Positions 1-9,823 of a stretch of DNA of 64,000 nt are shown one piece after another (position 1 is the first letter of the stretch; each line of letters opens with the position of its first letter). Below the pieces are notes generated by a model. That model worked only from the letters and a program-made list of their open reading frames with translations. It had not been told where the DNA came from and ran no database searches. The translations under genes were made by a program, and so were the position numbers. This stretch comes from Candidatus Binatia bacterium (lineage in GTDB: Bacteria; Desulfobacterota; Binatia; HRBIN30), in NCBI GenBank assembly GCA_038245295.1, contig JBBRSP010000009.1:1-64000 (forward strand), written 5' to 3'.

Positions 1-2
1 AA

Positions 3-75
3 AGCTGGTGTGCGGATTCGAACCGCAGACCTGCTGATTACGAATCAGCTGCTCTACCGACTGAGCTACACCAGC
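3..75 (-). tRNA. tRNA-Thr(CGT)
   Basis: Reverse complement GCTGGTGTAGCTCAGTCGGTAGAGCA...GGTTCGAATCC...CACCAGC-T folds as a cloverleaf; anticodon loop TTCGTAA; CCA not encoded. Confidence 0.97.
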
Positions 76-157
76 GTACGGCGCGACGGCGGGTAGCTAG
101 CGAATCGGATTTACTGTGTCTAGGCGATCCGAACAGCGCGACGACGATCCGAACCTG

Positions 158-235
158 GTAGGGCGTGGTGGGTAGGGAGTCGGGCGTGGTTTTGTGCGCG
201 CTCTCACGCCCTGCGCCCTACCCGGCACGCCCTAC
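158..235. repeat. Intergenic REP-like hairpin (GTAGGGCGTG...CACGCCCTAC)
   Basis: Imperfect inverted repeat between the DUF35 gene end and the tRNA. Confidence 0.6.
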
Positions 236-253
236 TCTTGATCTGTGATCGGT

Positions 254-661
254 TCACGCCGGTGCAAACTTTGGGAGGGTCACGTCGGCGCTTACTTCCT
301 CGAACACGGCTTTGACCGGCATACCGATCTTGATGTCCTTCGGGGCGACGCCGGTGAGGTTGGAGATCATCTTGGCGCCCTCCTTCAACTTGACCAGCAC
401 CACGGCATACGGCGCCTCGGGGGCGAAGCCGGGGTGGTAGATCTGGTGCATGACGTTGAAGCTGAATACTTCGCCCACGCCGCTCACCTCGCTCCATTCT
501 GCCTTCTGGGCCAGGCAGTTGGAGCAGATTGTCCGCGGCGGGAAACGCAGGTGGCCACACTGGGTGCACTTCTGCACGACGAGGCGGTGTTGTTTGGCAG
601 CTTCGAAGAAAGGCGCGAGGTCGCGGGTGATGGCGGGGATTGGTTTGGCATAGGTGGTCAT
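254..661 (-). CDS. DUF35 Zn-ribbon/OB-fold protein
   Basis: CTQC...CSNC zinc ribbon, FPPR motif, OB-fold C-terminus; directly downstream of a thiolase-like gene. Confidence 0.92.
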   Translation of the reverse strand: MTTYAKPIPAITRDLAPFFEAAKQHRLVVQKCTQCGHLRFPPRTICSNCLAQKAEWSEVSGVGEVFSFNVMHQIYHPGFAPEAPYAVVLVKLKEGAKMISNLTGVAPKDIKIGMPVKAVFEEVSADVTLPKFAPA

Positions 662-713
662 GACTCACGGCTCCTGGATGGATTGGCTGCTGCTCCGCGG
701 ATTCCGCTGGTGG

Positions 714-769
714 CCCTCACCCCGGCCCTCTCCCGCCATTCGCATTTCGATTCGTTGCGGTAGAGGGAG
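714..769. repeat. REP-like hairpin of the CCCTCACCCC..CCCTCTCCC family
   Basis: Same core motif as the elements at 5532 and 29050. Confidence 0.6.
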
Positions 770-805
770 CGACTTGCTTCGCTGCAATCGTAAGACAAAG
801 GCGGC

Positions 806-1978
806 TCATGATGCTTGATTGGAGAGAATCAACGTCGAGTGGGTGGACAGAATTCCGCCGTTGCCGGTGACCAGGCACACCTTGGCATCCGGTACCTGGC
901 GCGCCGCGCCTTCGCCGCGCATCTGGATCACGGCCTCCGAGACCGGTGTCATGCCCCACATGTAGAACGACGACAACTGGCCACCGCCGGTGTTGATCGG
1001 GAACGATCCGCCCGGGGCCAGCTTGCCGTCGGCGACGAACGCGCCGCCTTCGCCCTTTTTGCAGAAACCGTAGTCCTCGAGAGTTACGAGCACCGTGAAG
1101 GTGTAACAGTCGTACATCTCGACGACGTCGATGTCCTTGAGCTCGATGCCGGCCATCGGAAATGCCGTCTTCATCGCGACGGGCGCGCCCGATGTCAGGG
1201 TTTCGACCGGATCGCCACCGGGATGCCCTTGCCCCATGCCCCAGATGTACACCGGCGGCTTCTTCAAATCTCGCGCTCGCTCGGCCGACGTGACGATCAC
1301 CGCCAGGCCGCCGTTCGAGACGAGACAGCAGTCGAACAAGTGGAACGGCTCGACGATCCAGCGTGAGCGGTTGTACTCGTCGATCGTCATCGGCGTATCG
1401 TGGAACTGTGCCGCCGGGTTCTTGTTGGCCCATTGGCGCTCCGCGACGGCGATCGCACCGAGCTGTTCGTTGGTCGTGCCGTACAGATGCATGTGGCGCT
1501 GCGCCACCATGGCATACATGGCGTTGACGCCGAACATGCCGTAGGCCGCATCCAGTCCACGCGCGAATCCGTAGGCCGCCGCAGCACCGCTGTCGCCCGG
1601 CTTGCCTTCGCCCTTGGGCTTCGGCGGCTTGAGCGGCGCATCGGAAAAGACACACGCCACCACGTTACACATGCCGGCGGCAATCGCTTGCGCCGCATGC
1701 TGGATCATCGCGCCGGCCGTGGCGCCACCGAGATTCATCGTCGATGTCAGGCGCAGGTTGCGCAGGCCCATCGCCTGCTGGAGCTGGAACGAGCCCATGC
1801 CCTGGTCGTTCCAACTCAGGCCCGGATTGAGTAGCAAGCCGTCGAGATCTTCGCGCTCGAGACCGGCGTCGGTCAGTGCCAACTGCACGGCTTCGACGGC
1901 AAAGCCGACCTGATTTGTATGATAGACCTTGCCTTGCGGCGTGATGCCGAGGCCGGCGATGGCGGTTTTGGATTTCAT
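806..1978 (-). CDS. Thiolase-superfamily protein (SCP-x/Ltp2-like, DUF35-partnered)
   Basis: Start MKSKTAIAGLG; YDCYT and NTGGGQLS motifs; no Cys at the usual nucleophile position (NLGGATAG). Confidence 0.9.
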   Translation of the reverse strand: MKSKTAIAGLGITPQGKVYHTNQVGFAVEAVQLALTDAGLEREDLDGLLLNPGLSWNDQGMGSFQLQQAMGLRNLRLTSTMNLGGATAGAMIQHAAQAIAAGMCNVVACVFSDAPLKPPKPKGEGKPGDSGAAAAYGFARGLDAAYGMFGVNAMYAMVAQRHMHLYGTTNEQLGAIAVAERQWANKNPAAQFHDTPMTIDEYNRSRWIVEPFHLFDCCLVSNGGLAVIVTSAERARDLKKPPVYIWGMGQGHPGGDPVETLTSGAPVAMKTAFPMAGIELKDIDVVEMYDCYTFTVLVTLEDYGFCKKGEGGAFVADGKLAPGGSFPINTGGGQLSSFYMWGMTPVSEAVIQMRGEGAARQVPDAKVCLVTGNGGILSTHSTLILSNQAS

Positions 1979-2084
1979 AGGTTGTTCACTCAGACAGGCG
2001 AGCACCCAGCGCGGCGCTCCGCACCGCCACAACGTGGCATAGGACGCCGCACCTGGGCGCCACGGAGTGGCGTGCTCCGGAGCC

Positions 2085-3821
2085 TCACTCGCCTTCTTCC
2101 TCCAATTCCAGAATACGATCGTAACGTTTGATGCGCGAGGCGTCGCCACCGGTGATCCGACGCGCGTTGACCTCGATGGCGGCGACACGTCGATGGATGA
2201 ACGACTCGGCCGTCAGCTTCTTGCCTTCCGACAGCGGCGCTTGCAAGAGCAACTCGGTGCCGGCCACGAGGTCGATCACCATCTCCGCCACACGCTTGGC
2301 GTTGAGCAGCGCATACTGCGGATCACCGGCGAGGGCGGGGATCGAGGCGCTGATCCATTGGTCCATGGCGCCCTGCAACTCGGCGGCGGGACCAGGGAAC
2401 TGGGCGCGCACCGACTCGATTTCCTCGCGTACTTCCTCGAGAGCAACGAACAACGCGCCCTTGCTCATTTCCTTGAGGGCGAAGCTGGCTTGAATCTCCG
2501 ACGTGCCTTCGTAAATCGTCGTGATGATCGAATCGTTATGGAAGTGGCCGGCCACCGACTCCGCCATGAATCCGAGCCCGCCGTGCAACTGGATGCCCTT
2601 ACGTGTCACGTCGTTACTGATCTCCGTTGCGTAGTACTTGCACAAGGGGGTCAGGAAGCGGATCAAGCCGGCGTTACGCTCCATCTCTTGCTGCAGCACA
2701 GCCCGGTCGGGATCCGCGGCACTGCGCTCCGACGCCAGATACGTCCGTATCGCATCCGTCATGTCGATCATGGCGCAGGTACGATAGAGCAGGGCGCGCG
2801 CCGCCTGAATGTTCAGCGACATCTGCGTCAACATCGACTTCACCAACGGCTGCTGGATGATCGGGATGCCGAACTGAACGCGCTGCTTGGTATACGCCAG
2901 AGCCTCTCGATAGGCACCCTCGGCAACACCCAACGCCTGCGCCGCCACACCGAGCCGAGCGTTGTTCATCAGGTCCAACATGGCGCGGAAGCCCTGCCCG
3001 CGCGTGCCGAGCAAGAACGCTTCGGCATGTTCGAACTCGACGACACACGTCGGCGAGCCGTGGATGCCCATCTTGGTTTCCGTGCGCGTGACACGCATGC
3101 CGTTGCGTGTTCCGTTCGGTAGCTCGGCCGGCGTGAGCAACAAGCTCAAGCCGTTGGTCGAACCCTTCGATTGATCGTATGTCGCCGCGTCGCGGGCCAG
3201 AACCAGGTGAATGGCCGCCCCGCCGTTGGTGATGTAGATCTTCTCGCCGTCGATGAAAAAACGGCCGTTCTCTTCGGTCACCTTCGACGTGATTGATCCA
3301 AGGTCCGAGCCGGCCTGCGCCTCGGTGAGATCCATGGCTCCCTGCAGCTCGCCATTGGTGAAACGCGGCAGATAGCGCTGCTTGATTTCGTCGCTGCCAT
3401 ACTTCTCGATGTCGCTTGCGACTCCGGTTTGCAGGCCGACAATCGTCATCAAACTCGAATTGGCGCGCGCGACCATCTCCATGTACAAAATGTTGAGCAG
3501 CAGCGGCAGACCGTAGCCACCGTACTCGGCGCTAACCGGTAGACAAACGAGGCCGGCACTCTTGAGCTTCTCATAGCCGGCGGCGATGTGCGGCGGCACG
3601 ATGACTTTGCCATCCACGAGACGCACTTCCTCGTGCCAGTGGTCGCGCGACTCGGCGGAAATTTCACCGCAAATTCCATTGAGCGTTTGGAGAACTGATT
3701 TCAGGATGTCCAGCTCTTCGGTCGCCTGCACCTCGGGGCCGCGGCGGTATTTGTAATACCGGACCCAGTCCACCCGATGGTCGATAAACAGCTGCATGTC
3801 TCGGTTGAAGAACTCGTTCAT
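2085..3821 (-). CDS. Acyl-CoA dehydrogenase family protein
   Basis: MDLTEAQAGSD, GEKIYITNG, KMGIHGSPT, RVQFG and IYEGTSEIQ motifs; RBS GGAGG before MNEFF. Confidence 0.95.
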   Translation of the reverse strand: MNEFFNRDMQLFIDHRVDWVRYYKYRRGPEVQATEELDILKSVLQTLNGICGEISAESRDHWHEEVRLVDGKVIVPPHIAAGYEKLKSAGLVCLPVSAEYGGYGLPLLLNILYMEMVARANSSLMTIVGLQTGVASDIEKYGSDEIKQRYLPRFTNGELQGAMDLTEAQAGSDLGSITSKVTEENGRFFIDGEKIYITNGGAAIHLVLARDAATYDQSKGSTNGLSLLLTPAELPNGTRNGMRVTRTETKMGIHGSPTCVVEFEHAEAFLLGTRGQGFRAMLDLMNNARLGVAAQALGVAEGAYREALAYTKQRVQFGIPIIQQPLVKSMLTQMSLNIQAARALLYRTCAMIDMTDAIRTYLASERSAADPDRAVLQQEMERNAGLIRFLTPLCKYYATEISNDVTRKGIQLHGGLGFMAESVAGHFHNDSIITTIYEGTSEIQASFALKEMSKGALFVALEEVREEIESVRAQFPGPAAELQGAMDQWISASIPALAGDPQYALLNAKRVAEMVIDLVAGTELLLQAPLSEGKKLTAESFIHRRVAAIEVNARRITGGDASRIKRYDRILELEEEGE

Positions 3822-3924
3822 CGTTGCCTCCTGGAAGCCGCGGCCGGCCAAATGCCGCAATGCGTCGAACTTAGCAAGATGGGAGACCGAGAGTAGGGGG
3901 AATTCGAATTCGGGGCACGAGTTC

Positions 3925-3952
3925 AACAGGATGGACAGGATAAACAGGATGG
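3925..3952. repeat. Short tandem REP-like motif (ACAGGAT x3)
   Basis: aacaggatggacaggataaacaggatgg. Confidence 0.5.
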
Positions 3953-4026
3953 AGCGGGGAACGCACTCTTGTGCCGCTTGTCGATGCGCGAAGATTTCTT
4001 CGGTGCCGTATTCTGTCGCCCTGACA

Positions 4027-4250
4027 TGTCATTCCGGCGAAGGAGACTGTCGATCTTCTCTGATTGATCGTTTGAAACTCGCGCAAACACCTCCGTCATA
4101 CCGGCGAAAGCCGGTATCTCGCCAGCTTTCGAGGCTTCCAGCACTGGGAGATTCCGGCTTTCGCCGGAATGACGGAGGTGGGGCTGCTTGGACTGAGGCG
4201 GAATGCTGTGGAGGTTCCGGCTTTCGCCGGAGTGACGGAGGTGGGGCTGA
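4027..4250. repeat. REP cluster (GTCATNCCGGCGAAAGCCGG family) with a solo MITE left end at 4043
   Basis: REP half, then GAGACTGTCGAT, inverted REP pair and a tandem extra REP; homologous to 24276-24390. Confidence 0.85.
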
Positions 4251-4303
4251 TTAGCCTGAGTTGGTTTCGGCCAACGGCCGAGCTGTGCGTAACCCCCGAC
4301 ACC

Positions 4304-5479
4304 CTACTCAAGGCGGAAACGCGACAAGAGATGCGCTCGGCGATCGTCCGCGAACGGGCAGGTCTCGGTTTCGTCGCATGGGGTTGTCGCGTAGAACTCC
4401 GCTTCCATATGATCCTCGAAGGCGGAGACGACGGCGAAGCCGTTCTTTGCGGCCGCGAACAGGGTGTCGGGGGCTGCATAGACCGGTGAGCAGTTTGCGA
4501 CGCTCCCGGCCACGAGGACCGCCGGTTGGCGGGCCGCGCTGCGATCGATGAGCTGGAGATTGTGATCGTGGCCGGCCATGAACAAGTCGACTCGCGCTCC
4601 GCTGTCCGCGATGGCGCGTTCGACGGCGCGTCGATAGGCGACGTAACGCACGGAGTGGGCGTCCTGCGTCAGCCAGTCAAAACCCGGCACACCGAGAGCC
4701 GCCAATCCGTGAAGCGGCAGGACCAGCAGAGCGCCAACGCGCTTCAACGTGCCTTCCCACCAGGCGCCGTTGTGGGTGCCGGAGGTGTACAACGGATGGT
4801 GCGCCGCGATGATCCGACGCCGGTACGGACCGCGCGATAGCAGTTGCCGCAGCCGCTCGGCCGACGCGTCGCGAAACTCGCCGTCGCTGATCATCCGCCC
4901 GCTGTCGAGAAAGATGATCTGCACCTGCCGATTGAGAACCAACGGCTGCGGTTCGCCTTGGCGCAGGTCCCATTGCACACCCCAGCGATGCATCGGTTGC
5001 AACCAGCGATCGAGGTTGTGCTGGTTGTCGAGGCCGACGTCGCCGCAAGAGTGATCATGATTTCCAGGCACGAGCGTCAGCGTCAATCCACGGTCACGGA
5101 TGAATTCGAAAGGTGTCACAACACTGCGCGCTTGCGCGGCGATGAGTTGGACATCCTCCTCGTCGCAGTCACCGTCGACTCCGACGAGACCGTTCGGGTA
5201 AAAGTTGTCGCCCAACTCGAAGACACGGTCGACCGGTAACGACTGGTGTTGGAAGTAGTCGCGCATCGCCAGCGCAACTTCTTCGTTGCTCCCATTCTCG
5301 ACGTCCCCAAAGTCACCCATGACGACGAAACGCGCCAACGCCGGCCTACTTGCCGCCGGCGGCAGCTCATCTTCACCCCCATGACATCCGGAGACCGGCG
5401 GCACGCCCAGCAGGGCGCAGCCCGGTGAAATGAGTGCGAGGAGGGCGCAAGCAACCATCAACTCCCACGGCGACCGCAT
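4304..5479 (-). CDS. Exported calcineurin-like metallophosphoesterase (acid phosphatase-like, probable lipoprotein)
   Basis: GDFG, LGDNFY, PGNHD, HHP and GHDH motifs; signal peptide with Cys. Confidence 0.88.
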   Translation of the reverse strand: MRSPWELMVACALLALISPGCALLGVPPVSGCHGGEDELPPAASRPALARFVVMGDFGDVENGSNEEVALAMRDYFQHQSLPVDRVFELGDNFYPNGLVGVDGDCDEEDVQLIAAQARSVVTPFEFIRDRGLTLTLVPGNHDHSCGDVGLDNQHNLDRWLQPMHRWGVQWDLRQGEPQPLVLNRQVQIIFLDSGRMISDGEFRDASAERLRQLLSRGPYRRRIIAAHHPLYTSGTHNGAWWEGTLKRVGALLVLPLHGLAALGVPGFDWLTQDAHSVRYVAYRRAVERAIADSGARVDLFMAGHDHNLQLIDRSAARQPAVLVAGSVANCSPVYAAPDTLFAAAKNGFAVVSAFEDHMEAEFYATTPCDETETCPFADDRRAHLLSRFRLE

Positions 5480-5531
5480 GATGCTTGGCTACCTCGATTC
5501 CTTGGTCTTTGCCACCGCGGGGAAGCGGCAG

Positions 5532-5747
5532 TGGAATCCCAAACTCCCGTCTCCCACCGTGAATGAGGATCCCAGACTGTGGGAGAGGGTTAGAGTGAGG
5601 GTTCGGTCTGCGGATCCAGCGAGCGCGGGCCCTCACACCGACCCTCTCCCACCGATCGACAAATTCATTCGAAGTGGGAGAGGGGGAGATTGGTCTCCAA
5701 TAACGCGGGGACACTGGGCTCATGGGCACCCGGTTGAAATGACCACC
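5532..5747. repeat. ~216-bp palindromic REP/MITE-like element, copy 1
   Basis: Aligns end to end with 29050-29265; CCCTCTCCC/GGGAGAGGG hairpins. Confidence 0.85.
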
Positions 5748-5823
5748 GGAAGCCGCAGTGGTTTACTTTTGCTTGCGGCGGGCCAGTTGCCGCTGCAGTC
5801 GCGACACGATAAGCGGCTCACCT

Positions 5824-6660
5824 ATGGCGACGCTGCTGGTGACCAACGACGACGGCATTGATTCACCCCTCCTTCTCCCGTTGGTGCGGGCACTCGATCC
5901 CCTCGGCGAGGTGCGGGTTGTCGTGCCCTCGGAAGAGCGCAGTTGGATCGGCAAGGCCATCTCGCGGTTTGATGCGTTGCGCGTCGAAACCGAAATTCGT
6001 GACGGCGTTGAACTGTATGCGGTGAACGGTACACCGGCCGACTGCGTCAGCCTCGGCGTGCACGCCCTCTTCGACGCGCCACCCGACATCGTTGTTTCCG
6101 GCATAAACCTGGGCCTCAACTTCGGCAGCGCCTTCGTTCTCTCCAGTGGCACGATCGGCGGGGCCTTCGAAGCAGCGATCGCCGGTGTGCCGGCCGTGGC
6201 CTTTTCGATGGCCCTGCCGAATGATGCCTACGGGCTCAGCGGTGATGCCCGGGTGACGGCGCTGGGAAAACGGCCGGCGGTGATCGCCGAGACGTGCGCC
6301 GATATCGTTCGCCTTTTGCTCGGCGAGAAGTTTCCGGAGACGGTCGATTGCTTCTCGGTCAATTTGCCTGCCGACGCGCATCTCAAAACCGCGCGGCGTG
6401 TGACTCGCACGACGCGTACCGGCTACGGGCCGCTCTTTGTGCGCGGTGAAGATGGATCGTATCGGCACCGCTTCTCTCGCCTCAACGTCTCCGCTACCGA
6501 TCTGGTCGCCGACGGCACGGCAACCTCCGACGCGCTGCGCACCGAGGGCGGTGACATCGACGCCATCCAGCGAGGCTTTGTCGCGATTACGCCGATTCGG
6601 GTGCGCTTGGATGTAGAGTTGTCGGAGTCGCTACGTTCGCGATTGGAATCGGCAGACTAA
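5824..6660 (+). CDS. surE: 5'/3'-nucleotidase SurE
   Basis: LVTNDDG, GTPADC, SGINLG and SSGT motifs. Confidence 0.95.
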   Translation: MATLLVTNDDGIDSPLLLPLVRALDPLGEVRVVVPSEERSWIGKAISRFDALRVETEIRDGVELYAVNGTPADCVSLGVHALFDAPPDIVVSGINLGLNFGSAFVLSSGTIGGAFEAAIAGVPAVAFSMALPNDAYGLSGDARVTALGKRPAVIAETCADIVRLLLGEKFPETVDCFSVNLPADAHLKTARRVTRTTRTGYGPLFVRGEDGSYRHRFSRLNVSATDLVADGTATSDALRTEGGDIDAIQRGFVAITPIRVRLDVELSESLRSRLESAD

Positions 6661-6676
6661 TCCCACTGGCTGGCGC

Positions 6677-8293
6677 TCATGCCGCATGGTCGCGTTGGAA
6701 ACGCTCATCGAAGTCAACGAATTTCTCGCGGAACACCGAGTCGAAAGCCGCGTCGATGGAGTTGGTCTGCAAGCTGCGCAGAAACTCGGGGATCGAGGCG
6801 CTGCCGAAGCGGTCGACCAGAGCCCGCACCGCAAGATAACTGAAAGCATAGGCGGTCTGCGCCGACGCGGCCGGTAATTGGGTGAAGGGGCCGGCCAGCA
6901 ATGTCAGCGACGGTGCCGCCTGATTCCCCACCGACTCGAGCAAGCCGGCCTCGTGGTCGCCTTCGCGATCCTCTTCCGACCAGACGGCGAGCCCCTCTTG
7001 CAACCATACCGGGGCATGATTTCCGGATAACGTGGCGACAATGCGATGTGCGTATTCGTGGCGTAAGACGCGCGCCAACTTGTCGTCGTCGGCCGTCGTC
7101 AGTCCGCCGACCGGCAACTTGATGCGCCCATCGAAGGCGGCACCGGCCCAGTCGGGCGTCTGCGTTACGCGGTGGAAATTCTCCTGGGGGTAGAGAACGA
7201 CGTCTGTCTTGTCGTCCGGATAGGTGCGGAACTTTCCTCCGACGACGTGATACGCATCCTCGAGCGTATCCAAAACCAGCCGTACGCTACTCAAATCCTC
7301 GGTACCGGCAAAGCTGATGGCGAAATGGGCGCTGTCGCGCTCGACGAAGTCCCACTCGGCATCGACTTCGCGCGACAGGGCGGCAATGCGTTGGTTCAAG
7401 GTCGGGTCATGCAGACCGGCATCGCGCGCTTGTTGCAGCAACGCCAACGCCGCGGCACGGTCGCGCTGCTGCAGGCGATACTCCGCCAGCATGATCATCA
7501 TCGTCGGGTTAGTCGGTGCCACCTTTTGCCCGCGCTCCAACGTGGCGATCGCAAGATCGTCGTGGTTGCTGCGTTGTGCCGCCACCGCGAGGCTCAAGAC
7601 GACATCGCCGTTGTCCCCCAATGCGTCGGCCTCCTGCAGGTGCTCGGTGGCAAGGTCGGCGCGCTCGTCTTTCCACTCGGCACCGGCCCAGCTGAGCAGT
7701 ACCATTTGTAGGTTGTCACGCACCTGTTTCTCGGTCGGGGCCAACTTGAGAGCATGGCGCAAGCGCTCGGCGGCCGCAGCATAATCCTTCTGCTCGGCAA
7801 GCCGCACGGCTTCGCTGTTGAGGCGCAGAACATCTTGGGAGCTGCGATGGTCGAGTTCAACGGGGCGTGATGCACTGACGTCGGGGATCGGCGCCGCCAC
7901 CCGCTGTGGCGGCGCCGCCCGAGTGGCGCGTTTCGACTTGGCGCTGATGCTGAGATACGAGAACCCCGCTGCCGCAACGGCCGCTACGGCAATCCAGGCA
8001 ACGGCGCGACCGAAGACCGGGTCCGTCGTACGCGTGGCCGCCTCGACGCGACGCGGGTTGAGACGTTCCGCGTCCAGATGGACGCCAACCTCGTCGAGAA
8101 CGACTTGCGCCCCGAGCTCCTCGAGCTCCGCCTTGATCTTGGCGCCGGCAACATGATCCACGTCACCGTACAACAACCACGGGAGCTCACCCGGGAACAC
8201 CTTCCCCTGGGCACGCAACACCTGGAGCGTGCGCGCCTTGGCGATATCGTTGCGAAAGCCGACCAGGACCACATTGAGGAGCCGATCCTGCAT
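6677..8293 (-). CDS. Membrane-anchored TPR + peptidase MA-like (HEXXH) protein
   Basis: One TM helix, TPR repeats, LRHEYAH...PVWLQEGLA; start uncertain. Confidence 0.82.
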   Translation of the reverse strand: MQDRLLNVVLVGFRNDIAKARTLQVLRAQGKVFPGELPWLLYGDVDHVAGAKIKAELEELGAQVVLDEVGVHLDAERLNPRRVEAATRTTDPVFGRAVAWIAVAAVAAAGFSYLSISAKSKRATRAAPPQRVAAPIPDVSASRPVELDHRSSQDVLRLNSEAVRLAEQKDYAAAAERLRHALKLAPTEKQVRDNLQMVLLSWAGAEWKDERADLATEHLQEADALGDNGDVVLSLAVAAQRSNHDDLAIATLERGQKVAPTNPTMMIMLAEYRLQQRDRAAALALLQQARDAGLHDPTLNQRIAALSREVDAEWDFVERDSAHFAISFAGTEDLSSVRLVLDTLEDAYHVVGGKFRTYPDDKTDVVLYPQENFHRVTQTPDWAGAAFDGRIKLPVGGLTTADDDKLARVLRHEYAHRIVATLSGNHAPVWLQEGLAVWSEEDREGDHEAGLLESVGNQAAPSLTLLAGPFTQLPAASAQTAYAFSYLAVRALVDRFGSASIPEFLRSLQTNSIDAAFDSVFREKFVDFDERFQRDHAA

Positions 8294-8383
8294 GGACGCG
8301 GTGTGTAGCATGTCGTCGTACAAACTGGACTGAATTTGTCGGGCTCGCCATGAGAAAATTGACTCCACCGTCGGCAATCGATA

Positions 8384-9793
8384 GTGCCCCGGGGTATGAG
8401 CGCGACTGCCGCCAAGCGCCAAGGCGCGCCGAAGGATCGAGAAGTCGAGAACCATCCGTCACTCCCTGCGCGCCGTCGAAAGTCGGCGACCCCGCAAAAT
8501 CGCAGTGCGCGATTCCTGCCCATCGCGCGTATGGTCGCCGGGATCTACGCCGGATACAAATCCATCCAAGTCTTAGGACGTGCGATCGGCGCGGATCGTG
8601 TCGAGTGGATGTACCGCCGCCAACACCGCGCCTCCGCCGAACGCATCTACGAGACCGCCATCCTGCTCGAGGGGTTGATCATCAAATCGTGTCAGTTTCT
8701 CGGTACACGCGCCGACATCCTGCCGGACGAGTTCATCGAGGTTCTGTCGCGTCTCCAGGACCGTGTCCCGCCCCGAGCATTCGACGTCATCGAGCCGTTC
8801 ATCGAACGTGAGCTTGGACGCCCGATCAATAAAGTCTTCGCGCGCTTCGACCGCGAGCCGCTCGCCGCGGCGTCCTTGGCACAAGTGCACCGGGCTCAAC
8901 TACACGACGGGCAAGAAGTCGCCGTGAAGGTGCAGTACCCGAACATCGCCGCGCTTGTCGACATCGACCTGGCGAACCTGGCGTTCTTCGTGAATCTGCT
9001 GGCACGCGTCGAAGCGTCGTTCGACCTCCGACTCGTGCTGCGTGAGATCCGCCGCTACGTGCCGATGGAGCTGGACTTCGAGCACGAAGCCGAGAATGCG
9101 GAACGTATCCGTAGCAATCTCAGCAGCCGCGACGACGTCCTGGTCCCACGCATCTTTCGCGAGTTCAGCAGCAAGCGACTCTTGGTGATGGAGTACCTGC
9201 CGGGGGTCAAAGTTACGGATGTCGAAGGTTTGGCTCGGGCCGGCATCGACAAACATCTCGTCGCGCAGAAGCTGACAGAGATCTTCTGCCAGCAGATTCT
9301 CGTCGACGGGTTCTTCCACGCCGATCCGCACCCGGGGAACATTTTGGTTCGGCCGGGCCCACAGATCATTCTTCTCGACTTCGGCTTGGCAAAGGACTTC
9401 CCGCCCGGATTCCAGCAAGGCGTCGCACGTCTCGCGATGTCGATCATCAGTGAGGATCGGCAAGCCATCGCCGCGGCATTCCAAGAGCTTGGCTTCCGCA
9501 CCAAGTCGGGGAGTGCGGATAGCCTGGTAATCCTGGGCGACGCGTTTTTGGGGAATGCCGTGAAGAGCGGACGGGCCTATGTCGACGCCGAGATGATGGA
9601 AAAGCTCAGCAGCGATGTGCAGACGGCGCTGCGCCAGAATCCGCTCGTCGAAGCGCCGTCGGACATCTTGCTCGTCCTACGCGTCATGGGACTCTTGAGC
9701 GGCATCGGCAAGCAACTCGACTCGATGGTCGATCCGCTCGGACTGATGATGCCCTTCCTGCAAATGCAGGAGCTGCGTTCTCCGGATTTGTAG
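8384..9793 (+). CDS. ABC1/UbiB (AarF) family atypical kinase
   Basis: LQDRVPP, AAASLAQVH, VAVKVQ, FHADPHPGN and LDFG motifs; start uncertain. Confidence 0.94.
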   Translation: MPRGMSATAAKRQGAPKDREVENHPSLPARRRKSATPQNRSARFLPIARMVAGIYAGYKSIQVLGRAIGADRVEWMYRRQHRASAERIYETAILLEGLIIKSCQFLGTRADILPDEFIEVLSRLQDRVPPRAFDVIEPFIERELGRPINKVFARFDREPLAAASLAQVHRAQLHDGQEVAVKVQYPNIAALVDIDLANLAFFVNLLARVEASFDLRLVLREIRRYVPMELDFEHEAENAERIRSNLSSRDDVLVPRIFREFSSKRLLVMEYLPGVKVTDVEGLARAGIDKHLVAQKLTEIFCQQILVDGFFHADPHPGNILVRPGPQIILLDFGLAKDFPPGFQQGVARLAMSIISEDRQAIAAAFQELGFRTKSGSADSLVILGDAFLGNAVKSGRAYVDAEMMEKLSSDVQTALRQNPLVEAPSDILLVLRVMGLLSGIGKQLDSMVDPLGLMMPFLQMQELRSPDL

Positions 9794-9823
9794 GAACGCG
9801 GCGGCGGTCAGATCGGAGCGCGC

